From positions 1 through 19,332 of the forward strand of contig JBECKX010000128.1 of assembly GCA_040235515.1 (NCBI GenBank): a DNA stretch of 19,332 nucleotides. Direction: 5' to 3'. The first letter of the stretch is position 1. Each line of letters begins with the position of its first letter. Origin of the DNA: Candidatus Zixiibacteriota bacterium. GTDB taxonomy: Bacteria; Zixibacteria; MSB-5A5; CAIYYT01. The notes under the pieces are model-generated. The model had not been told where the DNA came from. It saw only the letters and a list, made by a program, of their open reading frames with translations, and did no database searches. The position numbers and the translations under genes are program-made. Positions 7,865 to 18,276 of the stretch are shown one piece after another.

Positions 7865-7938
7865 TGACCTGCCCCAACAAATCTCGGTCCAGTTTGAAAG
7901 TAAGTATATTGGGGTGGATCGAAGAAGGAGGCAGAGAT
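7865..7938 (+). mobile_element. isolated left end of a second IS3-family (IS407-like) element
   Basis: TGACCTGCCCC...GGTCCAGTTTGAAAGT resembles IS407-group termini. It is followed by RBS AAGGAGG (7925-7931) and AT, but no transposase ORF. Confidence 0.6.
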
Positions 7939-7968
7939 ACTTCTTACACCTCATTGCTCCCTCCTCAA

Positions 7969-8313
7969 TCATTTTTTCAGGACAATACTTAGGTCTATCT
8001 CGCTTTGCTTTACTACAAGCGTGTCGTCGAAAGGCATATATCCATCGGCAAGAACCGAGAGCCCGACTATCAAGCTGTCACCCCCGAGAAAACTCGTGTC
8101 AAAGCTTCCTGCCTCACCGGTAGTTAGATCCCAGGCGCGGGTGTTTACCTTCAAGCTGACTGTGGCCATTGCTATTGGATTATGGCCTTCATCGATGACT
8201 ACACCCCGAACATGGAACGTATTGTCCGATGAAAAAGGCTTTGTTTTAGAGCACGACTCTACCAAGAACAGAGATAATATGGACGCAGCCAGCAAAATCA
8301 GAGTTGATTTCAT
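7969..8313 (-). CDS. putative lipoprotein with carboxypeptidase-regulatory-like beta-sandwich domain
   Basis: Signal MKSTLILLAASILSLFLVES-C. VRGVVID...PIAMATV...TTGEAGSF...ADGY pattern. RBS AAGGAGG. Confidence 0.75.
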   Translation of the reverse strand: MKSTLILLAASILSLFLVESCSKTKPFSSDNTFHVRGVVIDEGHNPIAMATVSLKVNTRAWDLTTGEAGSFDTSFLGGDSLIVGLSVLADGYMPFDDTLVVKQSEIDLSIVLKK

Positions 8314-8672
8314 CCTATCCTCCTTGGTAGACCTAGACTACATAACCGAGCCAACACACTAGATGCATCCTAAGCGCGGTGTGCCCAAAATCACCTTAAT
8401 TTCATATCCTCCCCTACCAGTAAGTAGACGAAGCTAACTACTTAATATCAAGCTGAATCGCATCACAAGTTTGTGAGTGTCGATGCTCTGCGATTGGTCA
8501 TGAGGTAGTAGTCGGTAAGATTCTCTCAGAGAATTTGTGCCAACTTGAATGAAAAACACGCTGATTTTCCAGAGACAAACAAAACCAAATAAAAGCTGAA
8601 ATTCACTGTGGTCCAGCGAGTTGTCTCGTAAGTGGGCGATTGCCAAAAGGTTACCAAGACACCCACTTTCTA

Positions 8673-8689
8673 CCCCCCCACCTCCACCA
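8673..8689 (+). other. displaced tmRNA/tRNA-Ala-type 3' end; candidate att site of an integrated island
   Basis: CCCCCCCACCTCCACCA matches T-stem 3' strand + acceptor 3' strand (U70-C71-C72-A73-CCA), with no 5' half upstream. It lies at the compositional boundary. Confidence 0.62.
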
Positions 8690-8830
8690 TTTTTAAATTG
8701 TATGTTTTTCCAATCAGGGAGTACTGCGATGGATTCAATTCCGGAGGGTCGGTCCGGACTGCAGAATAGCGGGGAGGACAATTCCACAGCAGATTCATGG
8801 TGGCGGGTAGACTCACAGCTACAACGCCTC

Positions 8831-9667
8831 TCAAGTATTCGCACGCCTGCCTTTCACCGCCCAGGCGCGAGCCTCAAGCCTAATCGAGCCATCATCCCGG
8901 ATCGGCAGGCTCTTGAACAGAGCCTCGCGCAGCTTGCGTCTCTCTGACTCGTCCTTTGACATAAGATAGGTTGGTGCCGGACCCTGGCCGCCGAGAAACG
9001 GTTTCCAATAATCATCGAAGCTGCGAAAGTGTGTAACAACATCCAAAGGCGCGGACTCAATCCTCTCCAATCCGGCATCCTCGAACAGTGCAGTCAAGCC
9101 CTTCTCGGTGGACGCTGGAAAACGAGATCGTTCATGCAAACTCGATGCAGCAGGGTCAAGCTTAACGACGGTGTCCCAGAACTTGCTGAGGAACTCCATC
9201 TTTCCAGTGTAATCCCAGACATAAACGGCAACTGTCCCATCCGGTCCGGTGACACGTCGCATCTCGGTCAGGGCCGTGACAGGTTCGGCAATGAAATTGA
9301 GCACAAGTCCGGAGACACAGTAATCAACCGACTCATCCTCCAGCGGCAACGCGATTGCATCTCCCACTCTGAGCTGCGCCAGATTTCCCAACCTGGTCCG
9401 GAGCCCCAGCAAGAACTCCTCCGACTGATCTATGGCCGTGAGTTCCGTCGGGGAACCACCTTCGATAATGGCATCGCTCAAAGCGCCAGAGCCGCAGCCC
9501 ACATCCAGCCACTTCAGGCGGGGAGGAGGAGAGAGCCATTGGATGAATTCTTGTGCTACCAGACGGCTTCAGCGACCCATGAAGTACTCGTAGGGATCAA
9601 CCGATTTCCAGGAATCTTCCATCGTGGTCTCGCGCCTGTGATCAGGCATATCGTTGACACTGGACAT
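8831..9667 (-). pseudogene. class I SAM-dependent methyltransferase with in-frame TGA at 9569-9571
   Basis: Continuous frame ...YEYFMGR*SRLVAQEFIQWL...WLDVGCGSG joins ORFs 9569..9841 and 8831..9502. The family motif is MGRWSR. Start ATG 9667 (RBS AAGGA) or 9622. Confidence 0.82.
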
Positions 9668-9804
9668 GATTGTTTCCTTATCAGAATGTTGCCGATTCTG
9701 ATTCAAGCTAAGAGAGATCTCGATAAGAGACAACACGCATCTATAAAATTGATTTTCAACCGCTTCAAAGCGGAAAGAGCTAGACAATTGAGATTCAGAA
9801 CGAA

Positions 9805-11577
9805 CTAGGTGGTAGGAAGGTCCTGATACCGGGATGCGCACGCATTCGCCCGCGAGACAGAGCCTGCCTCGCGCCAGAGGTTTTCTGCCGCTTTGAGTTC
9901 CATCACGGCGCCGCTGGAGTCGCCGGCAGAGAGGAGGAGTTCGGCCAGCCTTTCGTGAATTGGGGCGACTTCAAGGATGGCGTCGATCTCTCGCCAGATT
10001 CGCAGCGCAGATCGCAACAACTGGACTGCGTCTTCGACGCGTCCCTCTGAGGCGGCGATCTCTGCGCGTGCTCGCTCAAGAGCACCCTGTTGTGCCGGTG
10101 TGACATCACCATTCTCAATCGACATAGCTATGTCGAGTGCCTGTTGAGCACGAGTTGTATCGCCGGAGAGCGCAGCAGCGCGAGTCAGGGCTGCGGCCAG
10201 CAGTCGGCGTCTCTGGCGACAAGGCCAGGATGGGTTTTCGAGTGCTCTTTCCAGTGCACGAATTGCGGCAGTCGTATCTTTGCGCTCGATCAGGAGTTCT
10301 GCCCACCCGGGGCAGGAATCCCATCCGACCACCTGTGCACGACGATAGGCTTCTTCAGCGCCTGTCAAGTCTCCGCGGGCGCGCAGAACTTCACCGTGAA
10401 GCCGTTCCGCGTCGCCGACAGCCCAGGGGGCGCTCACCTCGAGCTCTGAGCGCACTTCGGTAATTTCGCGTTCGGCTGTCTCGAGTTCTCCTTTTAGGGC
10501 AAGGACTTCAGCGCGATGCATCCGGCAAACCGCAGGATAGGTCGCGGTGGTTGCGCGTTGCGACCACCTACCGAAAGCCTCCGTCCAGTGTGCCGCCCGC
10601 GACCAATCGCCCCGGTTCTGGCAGATGTAAACAAGGCCGCAGTAGACTAATCCTGCAAACCAGGGCGCCACCGGCCCTCCCAGGACTGCAGCTCCGGCCT
10701 CTTCATGCAGCGCAAGTCCTCTGCGCACGTCACCTCGCACTATGCAAACATGCCCAAGGTAAATGAGTGACACCGCTTCCAGGTCGAAATCCTCGATTGC
10801 TCGTGCGAGTTCCAGTGCGCGTTCGGCATGTCGCAAAGCAGTCTCGATATCTCCTCCCGCCAGCGCAAGGCGTCCCGTGATCCACTCAAATTGTGCAACC
10901 TCCCTGCAGGGAGAGTGATTGGCAAGAAGCTTTTCCGCGCGTTGCTGCCACCCACTTGCAATCGTCAGCTGCCGCGCCTCCAAATGTACCTGACACAACA
11001 AAACGGCGGCCCTTGCCACGCCTGTCGAATCCGCGGCAATCGAATGAGCCGTGGCGGCCCGCTCAAGCCACGAAATCGAGTCTCCGGGACGGCCGAGATT
11101 GAGATGGCACCACGCCGTTCGTTCGAGATCGGGACCAGTCAGCCCCTCCGATTCATCGGCAGCAACGAATGCATTAAGTGCGCCTCTCCAGTTGTTTCGC
11201 TCGAATTCCTTGCGCGCGGCCAGCAATGGGGTAGCGCTGACGTCGGCTTGCGCACCGACCGGGGTGGTGTCTGTCTCTGTCACGCCGGCGGTGAATCGGT
11301 AGCCGCGTCGTGAAAACGTCTTGATCGCGTCCGCGAGTTCTCCGGAGCGAAGCGCAGAGCGGGCAAGGCTTACGGCTCGTTGGAGAGAGCCCTCGGTTAC
11401 GATTGCACCCGCCCAGACTCGATCAAACAATTCATCTTTAGAGACCACGCGATCACGATGTCGGATCAAGTCGGCCAGGAGGTCAAAAACCAGTGGCTCA
11501 ACCATGACCTCACGACCGCCGAGCCGCAGTTCGCGCCGATCTTCGTCAAGTTCAAAGGGCCCAAATCGCCAGATCAT
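9805..11577 (-). CDS. transcriptional regulator, N-terminal OmpR/CadC-type winged helix plus TPR-like sensor domain
   Basis: FGPFELD...VVSKDELFDRVW...LARSAL...IKTFSRRGYRF followed by Ala/Leu-rich helical repeats. Confidence 0.88.
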   Translation of the reverse strand: MIWRFGPFELDEDRRELRLGGREVMVEPLVFDLLADLIRHRDRVVSKDELFDRVWAGAIVTEGSLQRAVSLARSALRSGELADAIKTFSRRGYRFTAGVTETDTTPVGAQADVSATPLLAARKEFERNNWRGALNAFVAADESEGLTGPDLERTAWCHLNLGRPGDSISWLERAATAHSIAADSTGVARAAVLLCQVHLEARQLTIASGWQQRAEKLLANHSPCREVAQFEWITGRLALAGGDIETALRHAERALELARAIEDFDLEAVSLIYLGHVCIVRGDVRRGLALHEEAGAAVLGGPVAPWFAGLVYCGLVYICQNRGDWSRAAHWTEAFGRWSQRATTATYPAVCRMHRAEVLALKGELETAEREITEVRSELEVSAPWAVGDAERLHGEVLRARGDLTGAEEAYRRAQVVGWDSCPGWAELLIERKDTTAAIRALERALENPSWPCRQRRRLLAAALTRAAALSGDTTRAQQALDIAMSIENGDVTPAQQGALERARAEIAASEGRVEDAVQLLRSALRIWREIDAILEVAPIHERLAELLLSAGDSSGAVMELKAAENLWREAGSVSRANACASRYQDLPTT

Positions 11578-11863
11578 CAGACAAACCTAAGGGAATGATA
11601 AGGGCGCCACAAGGACATTGTGGGCAATCATTCGTATTATAGGCCCAGTTAGACCAGGCTCGGTTACTGAACCGGGGTTGGAAGAGGAAAACTGAAACAG
11701 TCGCCGTGATGGGATGGAGGACAGTTTGCGAACGCGGGCAAGTGGCAATGTTTAGATCCGGGTATCATCCCGAGCGGCAACATAGATAACGAGAACCGTA
11801 GACTGATTCTCTCTGTGAGAGAATCGATTCATTTACAACCAACAATTCAGGAGAAGCCAACAT

Positions 11864-12409
11864 ATGGCAAGTCCCAACACAGTTACAAACAGGCGGGCTA
11901 ACTTTCTGGCCGACAGGCTGATACAGGGAGCCGACCAGCTGGCAGCTTTCGCCGCAGAATTGACGGACTATGAGTGGAAGCAGAGCGTGGCCGGGGATGG
12001 ACGGTCGATCGGTGTAGTAGTCCACCACGTCGCCAATGTCTACCCGCTGGAGATTCAGCTGGTGCAAACACTTGCAGCCGGCAAGAGGATCGAAGGGGTC
12101 ACCAAGGCCGGTATCGATCAGATGAACGCAGAACACGCCCGTGAGTTTGCGTCGATCAGCAAAGAGGCAGCACTTGAACACTTGAGGACCAATGCCGAAG
12201 CGGCGGCTGAGGCCGTAAGAAAGTTGACGGATGCGGAGCTTGACAGCGCCGCAATGGTGTCGCTGTACGCTGACGCGCCGCTCACGGCGCAGTTTATGCT
12301 CGAGGATCACGCGCTGCGGCACAGTTACCACCATCTGGCACGAATCCGCGCGACGCTCGGGAGGCAAACCCGGGTCGGCGATAAGTCGAGGCTGGCGGGC
12401 TCCTACTAA
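11864..12409 (+). CDS. DinB/YfiT-superfamily protein
   Basis: RSIGVVVHHVA and HALRHSYHHLARI metal-binding His pattern. RBS AGGAG. Confidence 0.8.
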   Translation: MASPNTVTNRRANFLADRLIQGADQLAAFAAELTDYEWKQSVAGDGRSIGVVVHHVANVYPLEIQLVQTLAAGKRIEGVTKAGIDQMNAEHAREFASISKEAALEHLRTNAEAAAEAVRKLTDAELDSAAMVSLYADAPLTAQFMLEDHALRHSYHHLARIRATLGRQTRVGDKSRLAGSY

Positions 12410-12432
12410 GGCAAGGCCGGCGTCAACAAATT

Positions 12433-12460
12433 GGCGAGAGCAGGTTAATCTGCTCTCGTC
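12433..12460 (+). terminator. stem-loop downstream of the DinB gene (no clear U-tract)
   Basis: GGCGAGAGCAG-GTTAAT-CTGCTCTCGTC. Confidence 0.45.
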
Positions 12461-12576
12461 ACTCACTTCGGGTGCTTCTCCATCACATGCACAAACGCAA
12501 GCTCCTGGAAATCGCCACGATGAGGCCGCGTAGCATTCGAGTCGAACAGCCGGCGCTCAGCCCGCCGAGCGAGCAA

Positions 12577-12604
12577 GAACGCTGAACGCTGAATGCTGAA
12601 TGCC
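12577..12604. repeat. 4x heptamer tandem repeat GAAYGCY
   Basis: GAACGCT GAACGCT GAATGCT GAATGCC. Confidence 0.75.
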
Positions 12605-12845
12605 TCCCTGAGCCGGAGGTGGTCTTTTTGCTGCTTTTGTCTTCCCCGACGAGTGCCTTCACCCGGGTCGAGTCACCTGACGTGGGTATGTCATCGACAT
12701 GATTCAGACACCGGCAGCTATGAAGCAAGATTTTATCGCTTGCGCGGGTTGAATGCACTAACTATCAATCTGGCAACAAGGCGGCAACCCGCTTCACAAT
12801 CGTTACAGAAGAAAAACTGATCATCGACTAATGGAGGTATCGGCC

Positions 12846-13409
12846 ATGGAATTCCTCACGACTTTGTGGGCGCCAATCCTGCTCTCGGCAGTGTTCGTCT
12901 TCGTAGTAAGCTCGATAATTCACATGTTGCTCGGGTATCATGCGAACGATTACAAGATGCTGGCTGATCAGGATGCCATTCAGACCGCGCTACGGCCATT
13001 CAAAATACAGCCGGGCGACTATATGCTGCCGCGGGCCGGCACGATGAAAGATATGAAAACGCCTGAGTTCATGGAGAAGCTCAATAACGGCCCTGTCATC
13101 GTTATGACGGTAATCAAGAACGGCCCCTTCAATATGGGGAAAAATCTGGTGCTGTGGTTTCTGTACAGTGTCGTGGTGAGTATCTGCGCGGGTTATGTTG
13201 CCTGGCATGCAGTAACGCCGGGCAGTTCCTATCTCGCGGTGTTTCGTTTTGCCGGGTGTGCAGCTTTCCTCGGGTATGCTCTTGCGCTGGCGCAGAGTTC
13301 GATCTGGTACGCCCGCAGTTGGAGCACGACGATCAAGTCAATGTTCGATGGCCTGATTTATGCGCTGGTAACCGCCGGTACTTTCGGCTGGTTGTGGCCA
13401 CACATGTAG
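12846..13409 (+). CDS. hypothetical integral membrane protein (about 4 TM)
   Basis: RBS GGAGG 12833-12837 before ATG 12846. Four hydrophobic segments; ends FGWLWP. Confidence 0.82.
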   Translation: MEFLTTLWAPILLSAVFVFVVSSIIHMLLGYHANDYKMLADQDAIQTALRPFKIQPGDYMLPRAGTMKDMKTPEFMEKLNNGPVIVMTVIKNGPFNMGKNLVLWFLYSVVVSICAGYVAWHAVTPGSSYLAVFRFAGCAAFLGYALALAQSSIWYARSWSTTIKSMFDGLIYALVTAGTFGWLWPHM

Positions 13410-13476
13410 GGTTTGCTCATCCCCCAATCGATGGGGCGATTGCACTCGAGTGTAACTGCAGCTACAGCAATTTTCT

Positions 13477-14427
13477 TTAGAACAGCGGTTTGAAATCCTC
13501 GGTTGCCTGGACCAATTCACTGGTCATTCCGGGATCGAACGGTGAATGCCCCCCGTCGGCGACTATTCGCAGCTCCGAGTCAGGCAGCGACTTGTGCAAG
13601 TCCCACGCTGAACGGGTCGGACAGATAACATCATAGCGTCCTTGCACAATGCGGCAGGGGAGATGACTAATCTTGTTGATGTTGTCGAGCAGGTGATTAT
13701 CTGTGGGCATAAAACAACGGTGCAACATGAAGTGGCACTCCGTTCTGGCGATCGAGAGCGCTGAGTGTATCTCAGTCATATCGCTGATAGCCTGCGGATC
13801 CGGCACCAGACACATCGTAGAGGCCTCCCAGTTGCTGAATCGTCGTGCCGCCTCAATCCGGATCTTCTCATCTTCCGAAGTCAGCCTGCGATAGTAGGCA
13901 GCGACGATATCACCTCGCTCTTCATGCGGAATCATCGCGACGAATTGATCCCACTGGTCGGGGTAGATTTCTGAAGCACCCTGCTTGAAGAGCCAATCGG
14001 TTTCCCACTGACGCGCAAGAAAAATGCCCCTGATAACAATCGCGACGATGGCATCGGGGTAAGTTATTGCATAGCTAAGAGCGAGCGTGCTTCCCCAGCT
14101 GCCACCAAGAATGAGCCACTTATCAATCCCCAGATGCCGTCTCAACTTCTCCAGGTCTTCGACCAGCGCCCAGGTATTATTCTCCTTCAATTCTGCGTGC
14201 GGTGTACTCCTGCCTGCGCCCCGCTGATCAGGCAGGATTACTCTGTAGAAGTCAGGATCGAAGAACTGCCGATAGCCAGGCTTAATCCCGACTCCCGGTC
14301 CGCCATGAAGGAAGAGCGCCGGCTTGCCCTGTGGATTACCGACCTCTTCATAAAACAGCGTATGGAGGTCGGAAACCTGAAGTGTACCGGTGCGGTATGG
14401 TTCGACGGGTGGAAACAGAGCGTTCAT
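13477..14427 (-). CDS. pip: prolyl aminopeptidase (proline iminopeptidase, S33)
   Basis: HGGPG, DQRGAGRSTPHA, GGSWG nucleophile, GRYD and GH catalytic residues. Confidence 0.95.
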   Translation of the reverse strand: MNALFPPVEPYRTGTLQVSDLHTLFYEEVGNPQGKPALFLHGGPGVGIKPGYRQFFDPDFYRVILPDQRGAGRSTPHAELKENNTWALVEDLEKLRRHLGIDKWLILGGSWGSTLALSYAITYPDAIVAIVIRGIFLARQWETDWLFKQGASEIYPDQWDQFVAMIPHEERGDIVAAYYRRLTSEDEKIRIEAARRFSNWEASTMCLVPDPQAISDMTEIHSALSIARTECHFMLHRCFMPTDNHLLDNINKISHLPCRIVQGRYDVICPTRSAWDLHKSLPDSELRIVADGGHSPFDPGMTSELVQATEDFKPLF

Positions 14428-14669
14428 AGTAACTCCAGTCTTGTAAAGCGCTTCGCGGGAAGTGAGCCATTGGTCCGCTCAGCCACTTGCCTCGCACTCG
14501 ATGCACAACGATGGTGCAATGGTCGAGTCCTGGCCGCCAATGTTATCTCGCTCCACATCCTGCTTCTGAGACGCATCGATGAGTCGTTGATTATGCCAGC
14601 TAACTCGCAGTATTCGCACAAGTAAATTCGAAATCTTTCAGAGTGCAATTCCTCCGGCTATGCTGCTAA

Positions 14670-15163
14670 ATGAACTTAATGAACTTCAATAAAGACCAGC
14701 TTCTAAATTCTTATCGTTTCAATCTCAGGTATGCCCACGATCTCGTGTCTGATCTGGAGGAGGAGCAACTGTATCAGACGCCGCGACCCGGCCTGGAGAA
14801 GATAGGGGCGAGGGGAATGGGTGAGGTTTACTTTGCAGAGGACACACAGTTGGAGCGTCGCATTGCGTTGAAGTTCTTACCCACGAATCTCGGTGTCAAT
14901 CCGGAGATGCGGAAACGGTTTGTGAGGGGGGCTCATGCCGCAGGCTGCTTGATCACCCAGACATCGCCCCGATCTACGAAGTGAGGGAACATGAGGGTGC
15001 CCCGTTCTTCTCGATGGCGCATGTCGAAGGTAAACCACTGGGCGACCTGATTCGCGGCAGTCAAGTCGCGGTTAATCGAATCTGCGAAATCGGAATCCAG
15101 CTTTGTGACGGCTATCAGGCGGCGCTGAAGCCCACGGGGCTACTCGATGTAAAGATAGACTAG
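14670..15163 (+). pseudogene. chimeric remnant: DinB-like N-terminus fused to a truncated, frameshifted Hanks-type Ser/Thr kinase
   Basis: LLNSYRFNLRYAHDLVSDL...PGLE then KIGARGMGEVYFAEDTQLERRIALKFL. Frameshift near 14945 into LDHPDIAPIYEV...FFSMAHVEG. Ends before any HRD/DFG motif. Confidence 0.78.
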
Positions 15164-15172
15164 CGCGGTACG

Positions 15173-15201
15173 AAAAGGAGGCCGCACTAGGTGCGACCTC
15201 C
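15173..15201 (-). terminator. intrinsic terminator of katG
   Basis: Minus strand GGAGGTCGCAC-CTA-GTGCGGCCTCC-TTTT. Confidence 0.8.
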
Positions 15202-15238
15202 CGGTAATCAAGCTAGAGGTAGTCGGACCAGATCGAGA

Positions 15239-17452
<2,214 letters not shown>

Positions 17453-17491
17453 TTAGAATTTTGATGCACATAAAGCGTGCGGTTATTAGAT

Positions 17492-17510
17492 GGTAATTAT
17501 TCTTATTTAG
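17492..17510 (-). promoter_or_regulatory. putative PerR/Fur-type operator upstream of katG
   Basis: CTAAATAAGAATAATTACC, AT-rich, 15/19 identical to the motif upstream of the regulator gene. Confidence 0.65.
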
Positions 17511-17553
17511 ATGCGTACCTGTCCGTATCATAGAGCTAATAAGTCTATTATCA

Positions 17554-17997
17554 CTACTTCCTGCAATTGGAACAAATGCCCTTGATCACGACATGCTTCA
17601 CTTCAACATCACTCCAGTGGTCGATCGAGCTCGGCGGCTTCATCCGGTCAAAGTCAGGCCAGTAGAAGTCCTCGATCTTGTTACAGTTTGAGCACACCAG
17701 GTGGTGGTGATTGGAGACATTCATGTCGAAGCGCGTCGCGTTGTCGATGTGATGCACTCTCTTGATCAAGCCATATTCTTCGAATGTCGCAATGGTTCGA
17801 TAGACCGTATCGAGAGAAATCGATTTCAGGTGCTTTCTTACCTGATTAAATACGTTCTCGGTCGTGGGATGATCGGTATGTTTTATCAAAGCTTTGAAAA
17901 TCTCAGTCCTCTGATGGGTGATTCGCAGCCCCTTCGATTTGAGAGTCTTCTCGAAGGCTTCCATCATCTGAGTCATGTTGATTTTGCTGTTATCCAT
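17554..17997 (-). CDS. perR: Fur-family regulator, PerR-like peroxide sensor
   Basis: HPT, SLDTVYR, RFD, HHHLVCSNC, IEDF (Asp as in PerR rather than the Glu of Fur), C-terminal CSNC. Directly upstream of katG. Confidence 0.85.
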   Translation of the reverse strand: MDNSKINMTQMMEAFEKTLKSKGLRITHQRTEIFKALIKHTDHPTTENVFNQVRKHLKSISLDTVYRTIATFEEYGLIKRVHHIDNATRFDMNVSNHHHLVCSNCNKIEDFYWPDFDRMKPPSSIDHWSDVEVKHVVIKGICSNCRK

Positions 17998-18020
17998 ACC
18001 GATTATACAACCTGCTTACG

Positions 18021-18069
18021 GGTAAAAGTTCCTATTTAGGAATATAGGCGAATTAAGCTTTGGAGTCAA
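18021..18069 (-). promoter_or_regulatory. perR promoter with adjacent putative autoregulatory operator
   Basis: TTGACT (18069-18064), 17-bp spacer, TATATT (18046-18041), then CTAAATAGGAACTTTTACC (18039-18021). Confidence 0.68.
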
Positions 18070-18153
18070 CCCCAAGGGAGTGAGTTCTTTGTAAATGCCA
18101 ACGATTCCCGTTAGGGGAGATGCTAAAATCGGCAGCATCGCTCTGAGTGGCCG

Positions 18154-18192
18154 AAAAAAGCAAGGGCCCCTCCCGCCGGAAGGGCCCTTGCT
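18154..18192 (-). terminator. intrinsic terminator of the beta-barrel gene
   Basis: Minus strand GCAAGGGCCC...GGGCCCTTGC followed by TTTTTT. Confidence 0.85.
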
Positions 18193-18276
18193 GGCGGTTC
18201 CTGGCCGGCGGCGAGTCGGCTATGGCCGCAAGATCCCGCAGTCAGGAACAGATTCCTTGAGGTCGCGATTAACGGC

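Noticed and set aside
4600..8400. Integron cassette array
   Set aside because: Genes alternate in orientation and I found no repeated attC (RYYYAAC...GTTRRRY) structures.
8600..8689. Complete tRNA or tmRNA gene
   Set aside because: Only the last 16-17 nt match. There is no TTCGA T-loop or 5' acceptor strand upstream.
8434..8947. ORFs 8434..8844 (-) and 8621..8947 (+), with poly-Gly/poly-Pro runs
   Set aside because: The runs arise from the C-rich att-like sequence. The ORFs overlap the methyltransferase end and lack protein-like features.
9569..9571. Selenocysteine or UGA=Trp/Gly genetic code explaining the methyltransferase TGA
   Set aside because: The position is normally Trp, not Cys, and no SECIS-like hairpin is evident. 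TGA is used as a true stop elsewhere (e.g. DUF932, the methyltransferase end) and Trp is encoded by TGG throughout.
12577..12604. CRISPR array
   Set aside because: These are short tandem heptamers without spacers. I saw no repeat-spacer array or cas gene in the window.
18095..18150. Structured ncRNA between the barrel terminator and the perR promoter
   Set aside because: Only short stems (e.g. GATGCT/AGCATC), with no recognisable riboswitch or RNA family features.
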